From: Octopus sinensis
Lineage: Eukaryota
Reading direction: 5' to 3'
Length of the DNA stretch: 64,000 bases
Assembly: GCF_006345805.1 (NCBI RefSeq)
Contig: NC_043007.1
Coordinates: 34,286,001-34,350,000, forward strand
A program made the translations under genes and the position numbers. Position 1 is the first letter of the stretch. Every line of letters begins with the position of its first letter. This document shows, piece by piece, positions 12,824 through 25,384 of this stretch. The notes beneath the pieces are model-generated. The model had not been told where the DNA came from. It made no database searches and saw only the letters and a list, made by a program, of their open reading frames with translations.

Positions 12824-13207
12824 TGGAAGCATTCCGTCGGTTACGACGACGAGGGTTCCGGTTGATCCGAATCAACGGAACAGCCTGCTCGTGAAATTAA
12901 CGTGTAAGTGGCTGAGCACTCCACAGACACGTGTACCCTTAACGTAGTTCTCGGGGATATTCAGCGCGACACAGAGAGTTACAAGGCCGGCCCTTTGAAA
13001 TACAGGTACAACAGAAACAGGAAGTAAGAGTGAGAGAAAGTTGTGGTGAAAGAGTACAGCAGGGATCACCACCATCCCTGCCGGAGCCTCGTGGAGCTTT
13101 AGGTGTTTTCGCTCGATAAACACTCACAACGCCGGGTCTGGGAATCGAAACCGCGATCCTACGACCGCGCGTCCGCTGCCCTAACCACTGCGCCATTGCG
13201 CCTCCAC
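12824..13207 (-). mobile_element. SINE family C (tRNA-derived), full length
   Basis: A-box TGGCGCAGTGG and B-box-like GTTTCGATTCC. Near-identical to 43673-44057 and 51231-51615. TSD of 15 bp (acatcttata(c/t)atgg). Confidence 0.93.
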
Positions 13208-13458
13208 ATCTTATATATGGCCGTGTATGTGTCTGTGCTCGTGTGCGTATGTCTGAGAGACGACTATGAATGAATTCAATCATTTATATTAATAAGTTTT
13301 TCGTAGTTTCTTAACAGAGCTTTTTATTTTGTGTGTACCAATAGCGTTCCTAAAAATATAAATCCATTAACGTTTCAAACCTTCTGTCAATCTATCTGTC
13401 TGTCTGTCTCTGTGTATGTAATGTAATGTATATATGTATGTATCTCTCCCTCTCTCTC

Positions 13459-13503
<45 letters not shown>

Positions 13504-13514
13504 ATATATATAAT

Positions 13515-13583
<69 letters not shown>

Positions 13584-13613
13584 TATATGTATATATATAT
13601 ATCAACATACATA

Positions 13614-13745
13614 CAGGGTGCGGTAAATAGATTGTCGCCTAAATTACGCAAAAATGAAAATAACAATGACGTCTCATTTTAACAGATATATTTACCAAAA
13701 TTACATAAAAATATATTGAAATACTAAAACGTTGATTTTTCTCAG
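13614..13745. mobile_element. Terminal fragment of a Tc1/mariner DD37D-like element
   Basis: TA|CAGGGTG start. Homologous to the terminus at 14091-14195. Confidence 0.6.
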
Positions 13746-13856
13746 TAAGATCGCCATTGACGAAAAGTCAAGTCAGACGTTCGTGATGCATCGCATCGCT
13801 CGACTGGGATATCTGGCGTGAAAGAGCTACATTGGTCTGGACAGTCACTTGACCGG

Positions 13857-13913
<57 letters not shown>

Positions 13914-14090
13914 ACATACATACATACATACATACATACATACATACATACTTACAAGCATGCATGCATTCATGCATACATACATACATACACATACATA
14001 CATACATACATACATACATACATACATACATACATACATACATAAATAAATACGTACATACATACATACAGACATACATATATATATATA

Positions 14091-14830
14091 CAGCATGCTG
14101 TGAATAACCTGTCATCAAAATTACGCAAAAATGAAAATAACACTGACATCGCATTTTAACAGAAGTATTTACCAAAATTACATTAAAATATCTTCAACCA
14201 AGGCCTCCAGACGGCTTCGGAATCTTCTACAATACTTCTGGACAGATTACGTTGATGAATGCTGCCATAATCCTTTCCTTTAGTTCATCTTGATGTTACA
14301 AGGGGTTTTGTTGGTCTTTCCGTCAATTGTGCCCCACACATAATAATCAAGTGGGTTGCAGTCTGGAGAGTTAGGTGGGCAGATGTTCGGGGCGATGTGG
14401 TCACAGTAATTGTCTTACAGCCATGACTGGCTTCTCCTGCTTGTGTGGCATGGTGCAGAATCCTGTTGCCAGACATAGGGTCTTCCGGCAGCTGCCCTCT
14501 TGACCCAGGGCAGCACTACCTCCTCCAGGCACTAGATGTAGGCCTCCGTGTAGAGTGTGAGACCATATGGCAAGACGAATGGAGGCATGACGTCATAACG
14601 TTGCCATCACCTCTGATCAATCCAGACGCCATGATACTGGCTGGATGTTTGATATCTATCACTCTCTGTACATGTACTAAGATGGCATTGTCCTCAGATG
14701 GAGACCCAATCACTCTGAAATATTCGTATTGGAACATCCGGTGCGAATGCCAAGCAGTACAACGTGTCGTTTTCCGAATTTCTGACACAGTGAATTGTAT
14801 CATGGTGCTGTGTTTTGTCTCAGACAAATG
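14091..14830 (-). mobile_element. DD37D (maT-like) transposase relic
   Basis: Minus-strand motifs KHPASIMASG, the QQDSAP-like region, and PPNSPDCNPLDYYVWG. Confidence 0.8.
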
Positions 14831-15078
14831 TATATATATATATATGTATGTATATATATATATTATATATATATATATATATTATATAATATATATAATA
14901 ACATATATATATATATATATATTGTCTCAGACAAATTTCAAGTTTAATCAGCCGAAATTGCGAAGATGATCCGGTTCTTGACTGAGATTGAAGGCTTCGA
15001 ATGTCCCGTCCGAGAGAGAGAGAAAAGAGAGAGAAAGTGAAGAGAGAGATACGTAGGTAGATAGATGATAGATAGATA

Positions 15079-15167
<89 letters not shown>

Positions 15168-15190
15168 GATAAAGATATAGATATATATAT

Positions 15191-15527
15191 GTGAAGGCGC
15201 ATGGCTCAGTGGTTAGAGCATCTATCTTACGATCGTTAGGTTGTTAGTTCGAATCCCAGACTGGGCTGCGTGTTGCATTCTTGAGCAAGACACTTTATGT
15301 CACGTTGCTCCAGTTTACTCAGCTGTAGAAATGAGTTGCGACGTCACTGATGCCAAGCTGTGTCGGCCTTTGCCTTTCTCTTCGATAACACTGGTGGCGT
15401 GAAGAGGAGAGGCTGGTATGCATAGGCGATTGCTGGTCTTCCATAAACAACCTTGCCCAGTTTTGTGCCCGGGAGGATAACTTTCTAGGGGCAATCCCAT
15501 GGTCATTCATGACCGAAGAGGGTCTCA
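15191..15527 (+). mobile_element. CORE-type SINE, family D
   Basis: tRNA head (TGGCTCAGTGG...GTTCGAATC) followed by the CORE-like TTGAGCAAGACACTTT...CTCAGCTGTAGAAATGAGT. Confidence 0.8.
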
Positions 15528-15665
15528 ATATATATATGCGTATTTGTGTATATATAAATAGATATATATATAAAATATTAGAAAAAAACACCGTTTATCA
15601 ATTCAAAATGAATAATTAAATTACACCACCTAGAAAATTACATATAATAGAAAAGTTAAAATTAA

Positions 15666-15852
15666 AATAACAATTAAAAAGTAAAGATTAATTAAATTAC
15701 AAGAATAATGTAATGAATATAATAGGTGTATAATAACAATTAAAAAGTAAAAATTAAGTAAATTACAAGAATAATGTAATGTATATAATAGGTATATTAT
15801 ATACATTACATTATTCTTGTAATTTACCTAATCTTTACTTTTTAATTGTTAT
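15666..15852. repeat. AT-rich tandem duplication followed by an inverted copy (hairpin 15733-15852)
   Basis: aattaaaaagtaaa...gtaatgtatataata followed by its reverse complement, with a 4 nt loop. Confidence 0.85.
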
Positions 15853-15950
15853 TTAATTATATATATATATATATATATAGGGATAGATAAAATTAAATGG
15901 AGATACAAGTGACAAATTGACAATCCAATAATTTAATTATAACACAGAGT

Positions 15951-16160
15951 GGTGAGCTGGCAGAAACGTTAGCATGCAGGCGAAATGCCTAGCCGCATTT
16001 CGTCAGCCGTTACGTTCTGAGTTCAAATTCCGCCGGGGTCGACGTTGCCTTTCATCCTTTCAGTGGCGATTAAATAAGTACCAGTTACGCACTGGGGTCG
16101 ATGTAATCGACTTAAACCCTTTGTTTGTGTCCTGTATGTTTAGCCCCTGCGGGCAATAAA
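15951..16160 (+). mobile_element. SINE family B
   Basis: Family head and body present. Confidence 0.9.
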
Positions 16161-16460
16161 TAAATAAATAAATAAATAAAACATAAGTTAACCTAAACAA
16201 TTATTAAAACATCAAAAGACCAACAATTTGTTTCGACTTGCATATATTTTTTGATATATAAACAATTCCCTTATACGTAAGTCTCATCAGAGCAGCATTT
16301 ATGATATGAGTTTGAAGGAATTATGCTCCTTATTTTGTTAATATATATATATATATAAGGAAAAAAGCAACAAGAATGGATTAAAATCTCGGTACAATTG
16401 TTTCGTACGAGGACATCTTTAATAAGCTACAAAAAATGCAGTAAAATTACTTGAACCGAG

Positions 16461-16503
<43 letters not shown>

Positions 16504-16942
16504 GTATGTATGTATTATGTATGTATGTATGTATTTATGTATGTATGTATGTATATATGTATGTGTGTGTGTCTGTCTGTGGATGTATGTATGTATGTAT
16601 GTATGTATGCATGTATGTATGTATGTATGTATGTATGTATGTATGTATGTATGTATGTAGGCATGCATGCATATAAATATATGTGTATGTATATCTTATT
16701 CATCTATATGTCGGTCAAACACATGCTCACTTACTATCGTGCACGCATACAAATATGTATCTGTTTTGAGTGTGCATGTGTGTTTGTGTGTGCGTGTGCA
16801 TGTATGTGTGTACGTGTGTGTGTTTGTGTGTGTGTGTTTGTCTGTTTGTGTTTATGTGTGTTAGTTTGTGTGTTTGTATGTGTGTATTTGTGTATGTGCG
16901 CATGCGCACGTGCGTGTGTGTATTCGTGTATGTGCGCATGCG

Positions 16943-16976
<34 letters not shown>

Positions 16977-17263
16977 ACGTGCCTCTTGGAACACAGGTGG
17001 AAGCTGTACTGGCAACTTTATTCGCTTTGGACACCATTGACGTTGGAGAGGATGTAGACTCGACAAATTATGAAATTCCATAATCAACCCTGGAGAAAAA
17101 CTTGCCACTTGCAGATATAATGTCAACGCTGACAGATGCACACTTGTAATTTCAAAGAAGCAATGACAGGCATACAGTGTGAACACGGCATGCTTGAGGA
17201 TGACAAGTTATCGTGAACTGGTGAGTAAATACTAGGCAATCAGTTGAATGGCTATATTTTAAA

Positions 17264-17568
17264 CTAGCAGTATCGCCCGGCGTTGCTCGGGTTTGTAAGG
17301 GAAATAACTATATAAGCATTGTTAGAGAGTTACTTCCCTTATATAAAACCGAGCGAAAATGGATTAAAAATGCGGAAAAACGATTGTAAATTTTTTTTTA
17401 AATCGTAGACTCATCTTAAATACGAGCTAATACCCAGAAGGGCTCGATATGAATCACGACTATAAGATACCCGGTTTTGGTTAAACTGCACTGCAAAATG
17501 TGGGAGTAGTTAGGAATCTAAATCGAAGGGGACAGACACTCACACAACTACAGTTTTATACATAAAGA
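17264..17568 (-). mobile_element. Non-autonomous Helitron-like element
   Basis: Minus strand has 5' TC, a GC-rich subterminal CCCGAGCAACGCCGGG, and a CTAG 3' end, sitting between A and T. Homologous to 46218-46607. Confidence 0.75.
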
Positions 17569-17683
17569 TGACGTGAAAGACATTTGCGTGGGTAGCAGCA
17601 ACAGCTGCATTTATGATATGAGGTTATTACTCTAATATGGATGTTATATACGTTTCATAGTCTAGCAAATTATTAAAACGAAA

Positions 17684-17857
17684 GTGTAGGAGTGGCTGTG
17701 TGGTAAGTAGCTTGCTTATGAACCACATGGTTCCGGGTTCAGTCCCACTGCATGGCACTTTGGGCAAGTGTCTTTTAATATAGCCTCGGGAGACGACCAA
17801 AGCCTTGTGAGTGGATTGGTAGACGGAAAATGAAAGAAGCCCGTCGTATATATATAT

Positions 17858-17888
<31 letters not shown>

Positions 17889-18337
17889 TACCAATTAGGA
17901 CTGAACACGAAAAGTGGACAGTCAACATGCTAGATATAGACGTCAAATCGCCCATCTCCACAAAGATTATGTTCTCAATAAAAAAAATTCAGCACATATA
18001 TAATATATATATATATATTATATATATATATATATAACATACATGCATATATATATATATTAATATATAATATATATATATGGGTATGTATGTGTGTGTG
18101 AGAGAGAGAGAATGTGTGTGTGTATGTTTGTGTGTCTGTGTTTGTCCCCCCAACATCGTTTGACAACCGATGCTGGTGTGTTTACGTCTCCGTAACTTAG
18201 CGGTTCGGCAAAAAAGACCGATAGAATAAATGCTAGGCTTACAAAGAATAAGTCCGGGGGTCGATTTGCTCGACTGAAGGCGGTGCTCCAGCATGGCCAC
18301 AGTCACATGACTGAAACAAGTAAAAGAGTAAAAGAGT
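17684..18337 (+). mobile_element. SINE family A with long internal (TA)n/(TG)n
   Basis: Family head, CORE-like block and tail present. Confidence 0.92.
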
Positions 18338-18396
18338 TCTCGGCTGAATCTTGGTGACACCTCTCGTGTATGAGATGCTACTTCATGTATGTGATA

Positions 18397-18710
18397 CGCA
18401 GCATGGCCGAGTGGTTAAAAGCAATCGGTTCGCAGTCATGAGACCTGAGTTCAAACCCCATACATCATCAAGAACACGTGTATTTTATCATAGCTTTGAG
18501 TGAAATTGTAAAGATGAATTGTACAATACTTATAATTCGAAGGTTTTCTTTGTCAGACACTACATCAAGCTTATCCTTCCTGAAAATCACATATGGGTAG
18601 CCGTGACTGTGGAATACCCAACCACTTACACGCTAATACAATGATCGGGATGTACAGTCGGTTGAACAATTGAATCAGTCATCGTCGAAACCGACGGAAT
18701 CCATTACTGT
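18397..18710 (+). mobile_element. Old tRNA-derived SINE sharing its 3' tail with family C
   Basis: TGGCCGAGTGG A-box and GAGTTCAAAC B-box. Tail cacttacacg...gtcatcgtcgaaaccgacgga. Confidence 0.55.
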
Positions 18711-19165
18711 TTGTGCGTGTGGTACTGAGAAGTCCTCATTTGACTGTTCATGATTGCCTTTTATTTCAAATTTATTTTGAAAGTTTTAATGAAAAGAGAC
18801 GAAGATTGCTTTGAGCGGGTGTTTCTCTGGTAACTGTAACCATTATTGATGGGGTGGGGTGCAGTGGCGGCAGCATTTAGTCTCAGGTCAGTCCTGATCT
18901 ACCTACGATCAAAGTTATTTCCATTGACCACCCTGTCCACTTATCCTATGTGCAAAGAAATCTCAGATCTTATTATTCAAAGTGTTTATTATATTTAAGA
19001 CAGTGAGTGTAGGTTACAACTGGGAAAAACATTTGGCTTCTATAACAGCGTAACCCAAAGGAAACACGGATCAATTAGGCGTTTGATCAAAATGCATAAC
19101 AGAAATGAACATCCGTCTTTTGCGACCTTCATTACCGAGTGTAACTGTCCGTTTTTAAGACGGCA

Positions 19166-19203
19166 ATCGCTTCTCGGCCTTTTGGCTAAGATCAAAGTGC
19201 AGT
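19166..19203 (+). pseudogene. U2: 3'-truncated U2 snRNA retro-pseudogene
   Basis: ATCGCTTCTCGGCCTTTTGGCTAAGATCAAAGTGCAGT matches the U2 5' end. It is flanked by the direct repeat ttaagacggca(at) at 19155-19165 and 19206-19216. Confidence 0.92.
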
Positions 19204-19780
19204 TATTAAGACGGCAATATTTGCTTTGAATGCGACATATTTACTATTTCTAGCCACCATTTCCTGGTTCCTTCCTCGCAGATTACAAACAAGACGGCAC
19301 TGGCCAAGCTGACCTATACTCAAAGAGATTCCTACTACGAACATCCTTCCTTTATTCGGTCATATTGTACAATGGAATTCACTACTGTAACTCTCGAATT
19401 AGTTTTCTAAATTTTGTCAGCCTGGGTTAGTGGCGGTGATTTATTTGGTGGAGATTTGGCTGCTATTTATATCTATTATAAATTAATCAGAGAAACCGGT
19501 TCAGCATCACTCGTTGCCTCATAGCGATGAAACTAATATTGAAATAAGCTCGCAGCGTGTGAATTAAGCCATTAACCGATTTTCTGTAGTATTATTTAAT
19601 TTATTTTTGACTTCCAATTCAGACGATAAAATTTAGTGAGTTTAGAGAAAATAAAAATGGAGAAAGACAAAGACTACGCAGTAAAATTGATTCCAGTAAC
19701 AAGCTGCTGGGATCCTAGCGCATATAGAAGTGTTAAAATTTACAAAGTAACATCAATAATCTGTGGCGTTGAAACCATTA

Positions 19781-19840
<60 letters not shown>

Positions 19841-19899
19841 TGTTGTTGTAGTTGTTTTTATTTTTATTATTATTATTGTTATTTTTATTATTATTATTA

Positions 19900-19930
<31 letters not shown>

Positions 19931-20054
19931 TATTATTATTATTATTATTTTTATTATTATTATGTGTTGTTGTTATTATTCATTATTATTATCATTTTTA
20001 TTATATTTTTTTATTATATTAAGTATTATTATTATTATTATTATATTATTATTA

Positions 20055-20240
20055 TTCAGTAGTTTTATTTTTATAGCGTGCTTGCACTTCACTACCGAGC
20101 GCAGCTCTGTGTGCCTTGGGTATGTGCTGTGATTTGTTGTGATGCTCTGATGGTTATTGTATGGAAAGTGTTTGCGTAGGATGTGTGCAGTGCATAGTAG
20201 TGCAATTTTCTGTATGTTATATGTGTTTGTTAAGTCCTGG
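20055..20240 (-). mobile_element. 3' end of an R4/Dong-like LINE abutting a (TAA)n array (19778-20057)
   Basis: Minus-strand peptide YNIQKIALLCTAHILRKHFPYN, then 3' UTR and TAA tail. Same family as 33181-33870 and 63955-64000. Confidence 0.8.
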
Positions 20241-20244
20241 TGTT

Positions 20245-20309
<65 letters not shown>

Positions 20310-20347
20310 CATCATCATCTTCATCATTATTATTATTATCATTATTA

Positions 20348-20495
20348 AGGCGACGAGCCAGGAGAATCGTTAGCACTCCCGGCCGAAATGCGTAGAAGTA
20401 TTTCGTTTGCCACTACGATCTGTGTTCAAACTCCACCAGGGTCGATGTAATCGACACATCCCCTCTCCCAAAAAGGCTACCTTTGTGGCAAAATT
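20348..20495 (+). mobile_element. Diverged, internally deleted SINE family B
   Basis: gacgagccaggagaatcgttagcac...gagttcaaa-like head and partial tail. Confidence 0.65.
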
Positions 20496-20519
20496 TGAAA
20501 CCATTATCATTACTACTAC

Positions 20520-20607
<88 letters not shown>

Positions 20608-20945
20608 TAAGACGTCGCACAATATCCGATATCGTGATGTTATTGATTGAAGATATCGTGTCATAATTGTTTATATTTGCACTGTCTCTCAAGTCAGAGC
20701 AAGGACCTCAAACAGACACTTCTTTACACACTATGCGCTCTGTTCCAAGTAATGCCGATTTTTGCAATACATCTAGTTTGTAGGGTATTTCTAAAGTTTC
20801 AAGATGTTTCTTCAGGTTGGGAGATATTGAACCCAATGCTCCGATGGCAATAAGAACAAGCTTTATGTTTGAATCTCGAAACAGCCAGGCCTTAGCGATC
20901 TCAGTTCTTAGGTCTACATACTTATCAAACTTTTTCTCTTTCAAA
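20608..20945 (-). mobile_element. RLE-type (R4/Dong-like) LINE C-terminus with (TAA)n tail at 20520-20607
   Basis: ORF 20708-20944: EKKFDKYVDLRTEI...IGALGSI...LQKSALLGTERIV. Confidence 0.85.
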
Positions 20946-20949
20946 TTTT

Positions 20950-22190
20950 TAACGGAAAGAAAAGGGTCAATAAATACTTACCATTACATTTTTACAACCA
21001 GATATGAACCATTTTGTTGCACAATGCGTCTCCATCTTTCCTTTTACTTGAAAATACCCTCTTCCCAGAATTGAGGTGGTTTCATGGCAAAGAATTCATG
21101 AATGTATCTTTTTACGTCATCCAAGGAATTAAAAGTTTTACCATTAAGACTATTCTGCAGAGATCTGAATAAGTGGAAATCCGAAGGAGTAATATCTGGC
21201 GAATATGGAAGGTGGGGTAGCACATCCCAGCCGAGCTACAGTAATTTTTTTCTGGTTCCCAAAGAAACGTGCGGTCGTGCATTATCATGTTGGAAAACAA
21301 CACCCTTCCTATTGGCCAATTTTAGACGTTTCTCTTGAATTGCTGCTTTTAACTCGTCCAGTTGGGTGAGGTATTTCTGAGAATTAATTGTCTGGTTACT
21401 TGGGAGAAGGTCATAATACAGAATACCTTTCTAATCCCACCAGACACAAAGCAAGACGTTTTAGGGTGAAGACTCGCTTTTGGGGTGGCTAAGGGTGGTT
21501 CATTTCCCTTACTCCAGGATCGCTTTCTCTGAACATTTCAGTAGATAATCCTTTTCTCATCACCTCTCAGAATTTGCTTTAAAAAAGGCGCGTTCTCATT
21601 CCGTTTGTAAAGCGAATCACAGATGGAAATGCGATCCAAAAGGTTCTTCTCACTCAATTCATGTGGTACCCAAACACCGTAGCAATTTGTGTACCCCAGC
21701 TTTACCAGGTGCTTATGAACGACGGATTTTGATAGGTTGAGGCTTTCTGCCAATTCTCGGGTTGTGCAATGTGGGTTATTCTCAATTAATGACTTGATTT
21801 GTAGTGGATCGCTCTTTATCAATAGCCTGATCAATAAGGCTACAATTTCCAGCTCGGAACCTTGCGAACCACTTCCGTACAGTTCTTTCGGATAAGGAAA
21901 CATCACCGTAAACTGCGCATATTTCTTTTGTTGCTTGCGAGGCATTTTCCCTTTACGGAAAAAGAAAAGCATCAAGTGCCGAACATGAACTTTCTTATCT
22001 TTCATTTTAAAGGGTTACATAATTAACACAGGTTATAGGAACATAAACCTTCTTCCACGAAAAGATAGCTTAAACTGTGCTCTAAAAGGAGGTGTAGTGA
22101 AATCCTATTTTATTGACTCAACCATGTTCTAAAATAAGTCGAAAGGTAAGCTACTATAAATCGGCACGAACTTTCCGGACAACCCAATAT
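20950..22190 (-). mobile_element. Near full-length decayed mariner (DD34D)
   Basis: WVPHELSEKNLLDRISIC, FLKQILRGDEKRIIY, HDNARP-like and PYSPDITPSDFHLF motifs. TIR-like aaatcggcacgaactttccggacaacccaata at about 22158-22189. Confidence 0.92.
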
Positions 22191-22459
22191 TCTAATAATG
22201 TGTGTTAGTTTGCTTTCCTCTTTTCAGAATACTGTGTATATATAGTAAAAAAAATTGTATGTCGTAAGACGATCTAAAGTCTATATTTCAGCATATTGGC
22301 ATAGAATTTTCTTTTTCTTTTGCCTTCATTCATAATTGTTTATATTTTCACCTTGAAAGATATAAAGATATTTTAGTATGCTGGCCACAGATATTTTGTT
22401 TGAAAAATGTTATCCTTACATTAGAAGTATATATATATATATATATATATTATACTGTC

Positions 22460-22588
22460 GAACTTTGGGAGGAGCATTATGCCAGTAATAATAAATACAC
22501 GTACTGGTTCGGTGCTTTATTGTTAGTGTTAACTAATGGGTTAGTTCATGTGTTTACTATTGCCGGCATAATGCCCCTCCCAAAGTTC
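22460..22588. repeat. Imperfect hairpin with about 45 bp arms
   Basis: gaactttgggaggagcattatgcc versus ggcataatgcccctcccaaagttc. Confidence 0.85.
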
Positions 22589-23501
22589 AATAGTATTTCT
22601 TTCTACACACGAATTCACATCAAGAATCTTGCAAGTCAAATACAAATACGAACATATATATATATATATATATATATAGATATATATAATATATTATATA
22701 TATATATATATAATATTATAATATATATATGTATGTATGTATGTATGTATATAAATGTATGTATGGAAGTATATATTTCACTGGAAATAACGGTCAAAAC
22801 TCTTATTTAAATACCATGATAACGCGTGCTGGTAACGCGTGGTGAGGATGCTGAGGCTATTCTGCCAGTCCAGAAACCGGTCCAAGTGAGTCCAAATACT
22901 TGAATGTATGCTGTGAGATTGTCTTAGACCCTTTACCTTCGAACAGTTGATTTCTGTAGTTATTGTCAGCGTATTTTAGCGACTTAAATAAGATTTTTGA
23001 CTGTTATTTCCAACGGGGAGACATACTTAGTATGTCCTTTAATTAATTTTAATCCTTCGGTTATTCAATACCTTTTTGGGGCCTGCAATCGCCTATATTA
23101 ATGATTCTGTTATTATCATTTTTAAATTGTTACACTATATAATAATTGAGTCAATGATATCTTCGCAAATTATTTTCTCGTAAATTACTTTTCTCGTGGA
23201 TTATTTGCTCCGTATACGTATATATGTGTATATATATATACGATAAACTTATATATGAGTGTTTCTGTGTGTTTGATAAATTGCTCCTTGACTGCGTACA
23301 AATATTTGTCCATCATTATTCTAAGCCAGATAATCAAATATATAAAAAATCAATAGTGATACTTTTTTTTTTAGTTTATCTCTGCTTTTGTCTGAAATGC
23401 CGAACCAAGTAGGCATCTTACCTTTTTTTTTTTTTTTTGCAATGTTCAAATAATTGCGTAGCCAAACCTTGAATTTATTGAATTAAATACATGCCATTAA
23501 A

Positions 23502-24385
23502 AAGAAAGCTTGATTATCTAGAGACAGCAGAATAGGTTCTTGGAAACGTATTTCTGCGTCGCTACACTTCATCGGTATAACAGTTGTCCTATGCTATCTC
23601 CATCAAACATAGTACTCAGACATATACAAGAAAGCTTGATTATCTAGAGACAGCAGAACAGGTTCTTGGAAACGTATTTCTGCGTCGCCATATAGCTTCA
23701 TCAGTAAACAGTTGTCCTATGCTATCTCCATCAAACATAGTACTCAGACATATACAAGAAAGCTTGATTATCTAGAGACAGCAGAACAGGTTCTTGGAAA
23801 CGTATTTCTGCGTCGCTACACTTCATCAGTATAACAGTTGTCCTATGCTATCTCCATCAAACATAGTACACAGACATATACAAGAAAGCTTGATTATCTA
23901 GAGACAGCAGAACAGGTTCTTGGAAACGTATTTCTGCGTCGCTACACTTCATCAGTATAACAGTTGTCCTATGCTATCTCCATCAAACATAGTACTCAGA
24001 CATATACAAGAAAGCTTGATTATCTAGAGACAGCAGAACAGGTTCTTGGAAACGTATTTCTGCGTCGCTATACTTCATCAGTATAACAGTTGTCCTATGC
24101 TATCTCCATCAAACATAGTACTCAGACATATACAAGAAAGCTTGATTATCTAGAGACAGCAGAACAGGTTCTTGGAAACGTATTTCTGCGTCGCTACACT
24201 TCATCAGTATAACAGTGTGCCTATGCTATCTCCATCAAACATAGTACTCAGACATATACAAGAAAGCTTGATTATCTAGAGACAGCAGAACAGGTTCTTG
24301 GAAACGTATTTCTGCGTCGCTACACTTCATCAGTATAACAGTTGTCCTATGCCATCTCCATCAAACATAGTACTCAGACATATAC
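23502..24385. repeat. Tandem array of 7 x 126 bp units
   Basis: Unit starts at 23502, 23628, 23756, 23882, 24008, 24134 and 24260 (one unit is 128 bp). A single-copy homolog lies at 28972-29097. Confidence 0.98.
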
Positions 24386-24987
24386 AAGTATTAGTATCTA
24401 TCTAGCCATCTAGATGTATATGTAAATGTAGATATATTTATGTGTGTTTGTGCATGTATGTATGTATGTATATATTATTTATATTATATATATATATAAT
24501 ATATATATATATATTATATATATATACATGCCATTCAAATAGTCTCATTTCTTAATGATTATGTAAATTGTTCTTAACAAAACACGTATATGTAACACTT
24601 ATTTTATACATAAAAATAGATATAATTTGTCTACACGCCGGCAGGCTTGACCAAACTACTACACTGTGAAATTGTCCGAAGCGTATATCTAGTTCTCCTT
24701 TGCCTGCAATCGAAGGATAGCCTGTTCTTACACACTTCAGAATTCTATGAATTCATTGACATTATTCCCTTCATCCCTCTTTGACTGCTGCTAACAGTTG
24801 CTACTAGTTTCATTTTCGGGATTCAGGGTATACTAATATAATCCTACACAGACACACAGATGTGTGTGAGTGTGTGAGTGTGTGAGTATTTGTGCGTGTG
24901 TTCGCACGTGCATGTATGAATATATACATGAATTGAATAATATATTTATATGTAATACGTTTCCTCAGCACTTCAGGAAGACATGTG

Positions 24988-25020
<33 letters not shown>

Positions 25021-25235
25021 ACGAGAGGGTGCTGAAAAGTTTGTCTTTAAAGGCATCACGAAATACCTGATTAGAGTACCAATCTTACGAGTTCTTATTC
25101 AGGGCTTAGAAAATCTAAAGGGCCGCTACACTGTGTGAATTTGAGAGGGAAATACGTTCAATAAAATTATAATTAACCGGGACCCCTATAGTTTCTTTTA
25201 GCCAAAGCCAGGAACTTTTCAGCACTCTCTCTCGT
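25021..25235. mobile_element. Mariner-derived MITE, about 215 bp
   Basis: TIRs acgagagggtgctgaaaagtt and aacttttcagcactctctctcgt. Further copies at about 26665-26750 (partial), 44908-45127 and 58983-59164. Confidence 0.8.
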
Positions 25236-25271
25236 CTGTGTGTGTGTGCGTATTTATATATATATATATAT

Positions 25272-25342
<71 letters not shown>

Positions 25343-25384
25343 ATGAGTGTGTGTGTGTGTATGAGTGTGTGTATGTATATCAGT

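Noticed and set aside
19282-19420. Strong acceptor followed by open frames
   Set aside because: The sequence resembles an old repeat tail also seen at about 18890-18935, and two frames are open, so it is uninformative.
1743-22588. Apparent bias of hairpin mismatches toward G-U on the plus strand (selection on RNA structure)
   Set aside because: It holds for 1743-1851 and 6281-6537, but 15733-15852 and 22460-22588 show A-C mismatches on the plus strand, so there is no consistent signal.
23502-24385. CRISPR-like appearance of the regular array
   Set aside because: Units are wholly repeated with no unique spacers, in a eukaryotic context.
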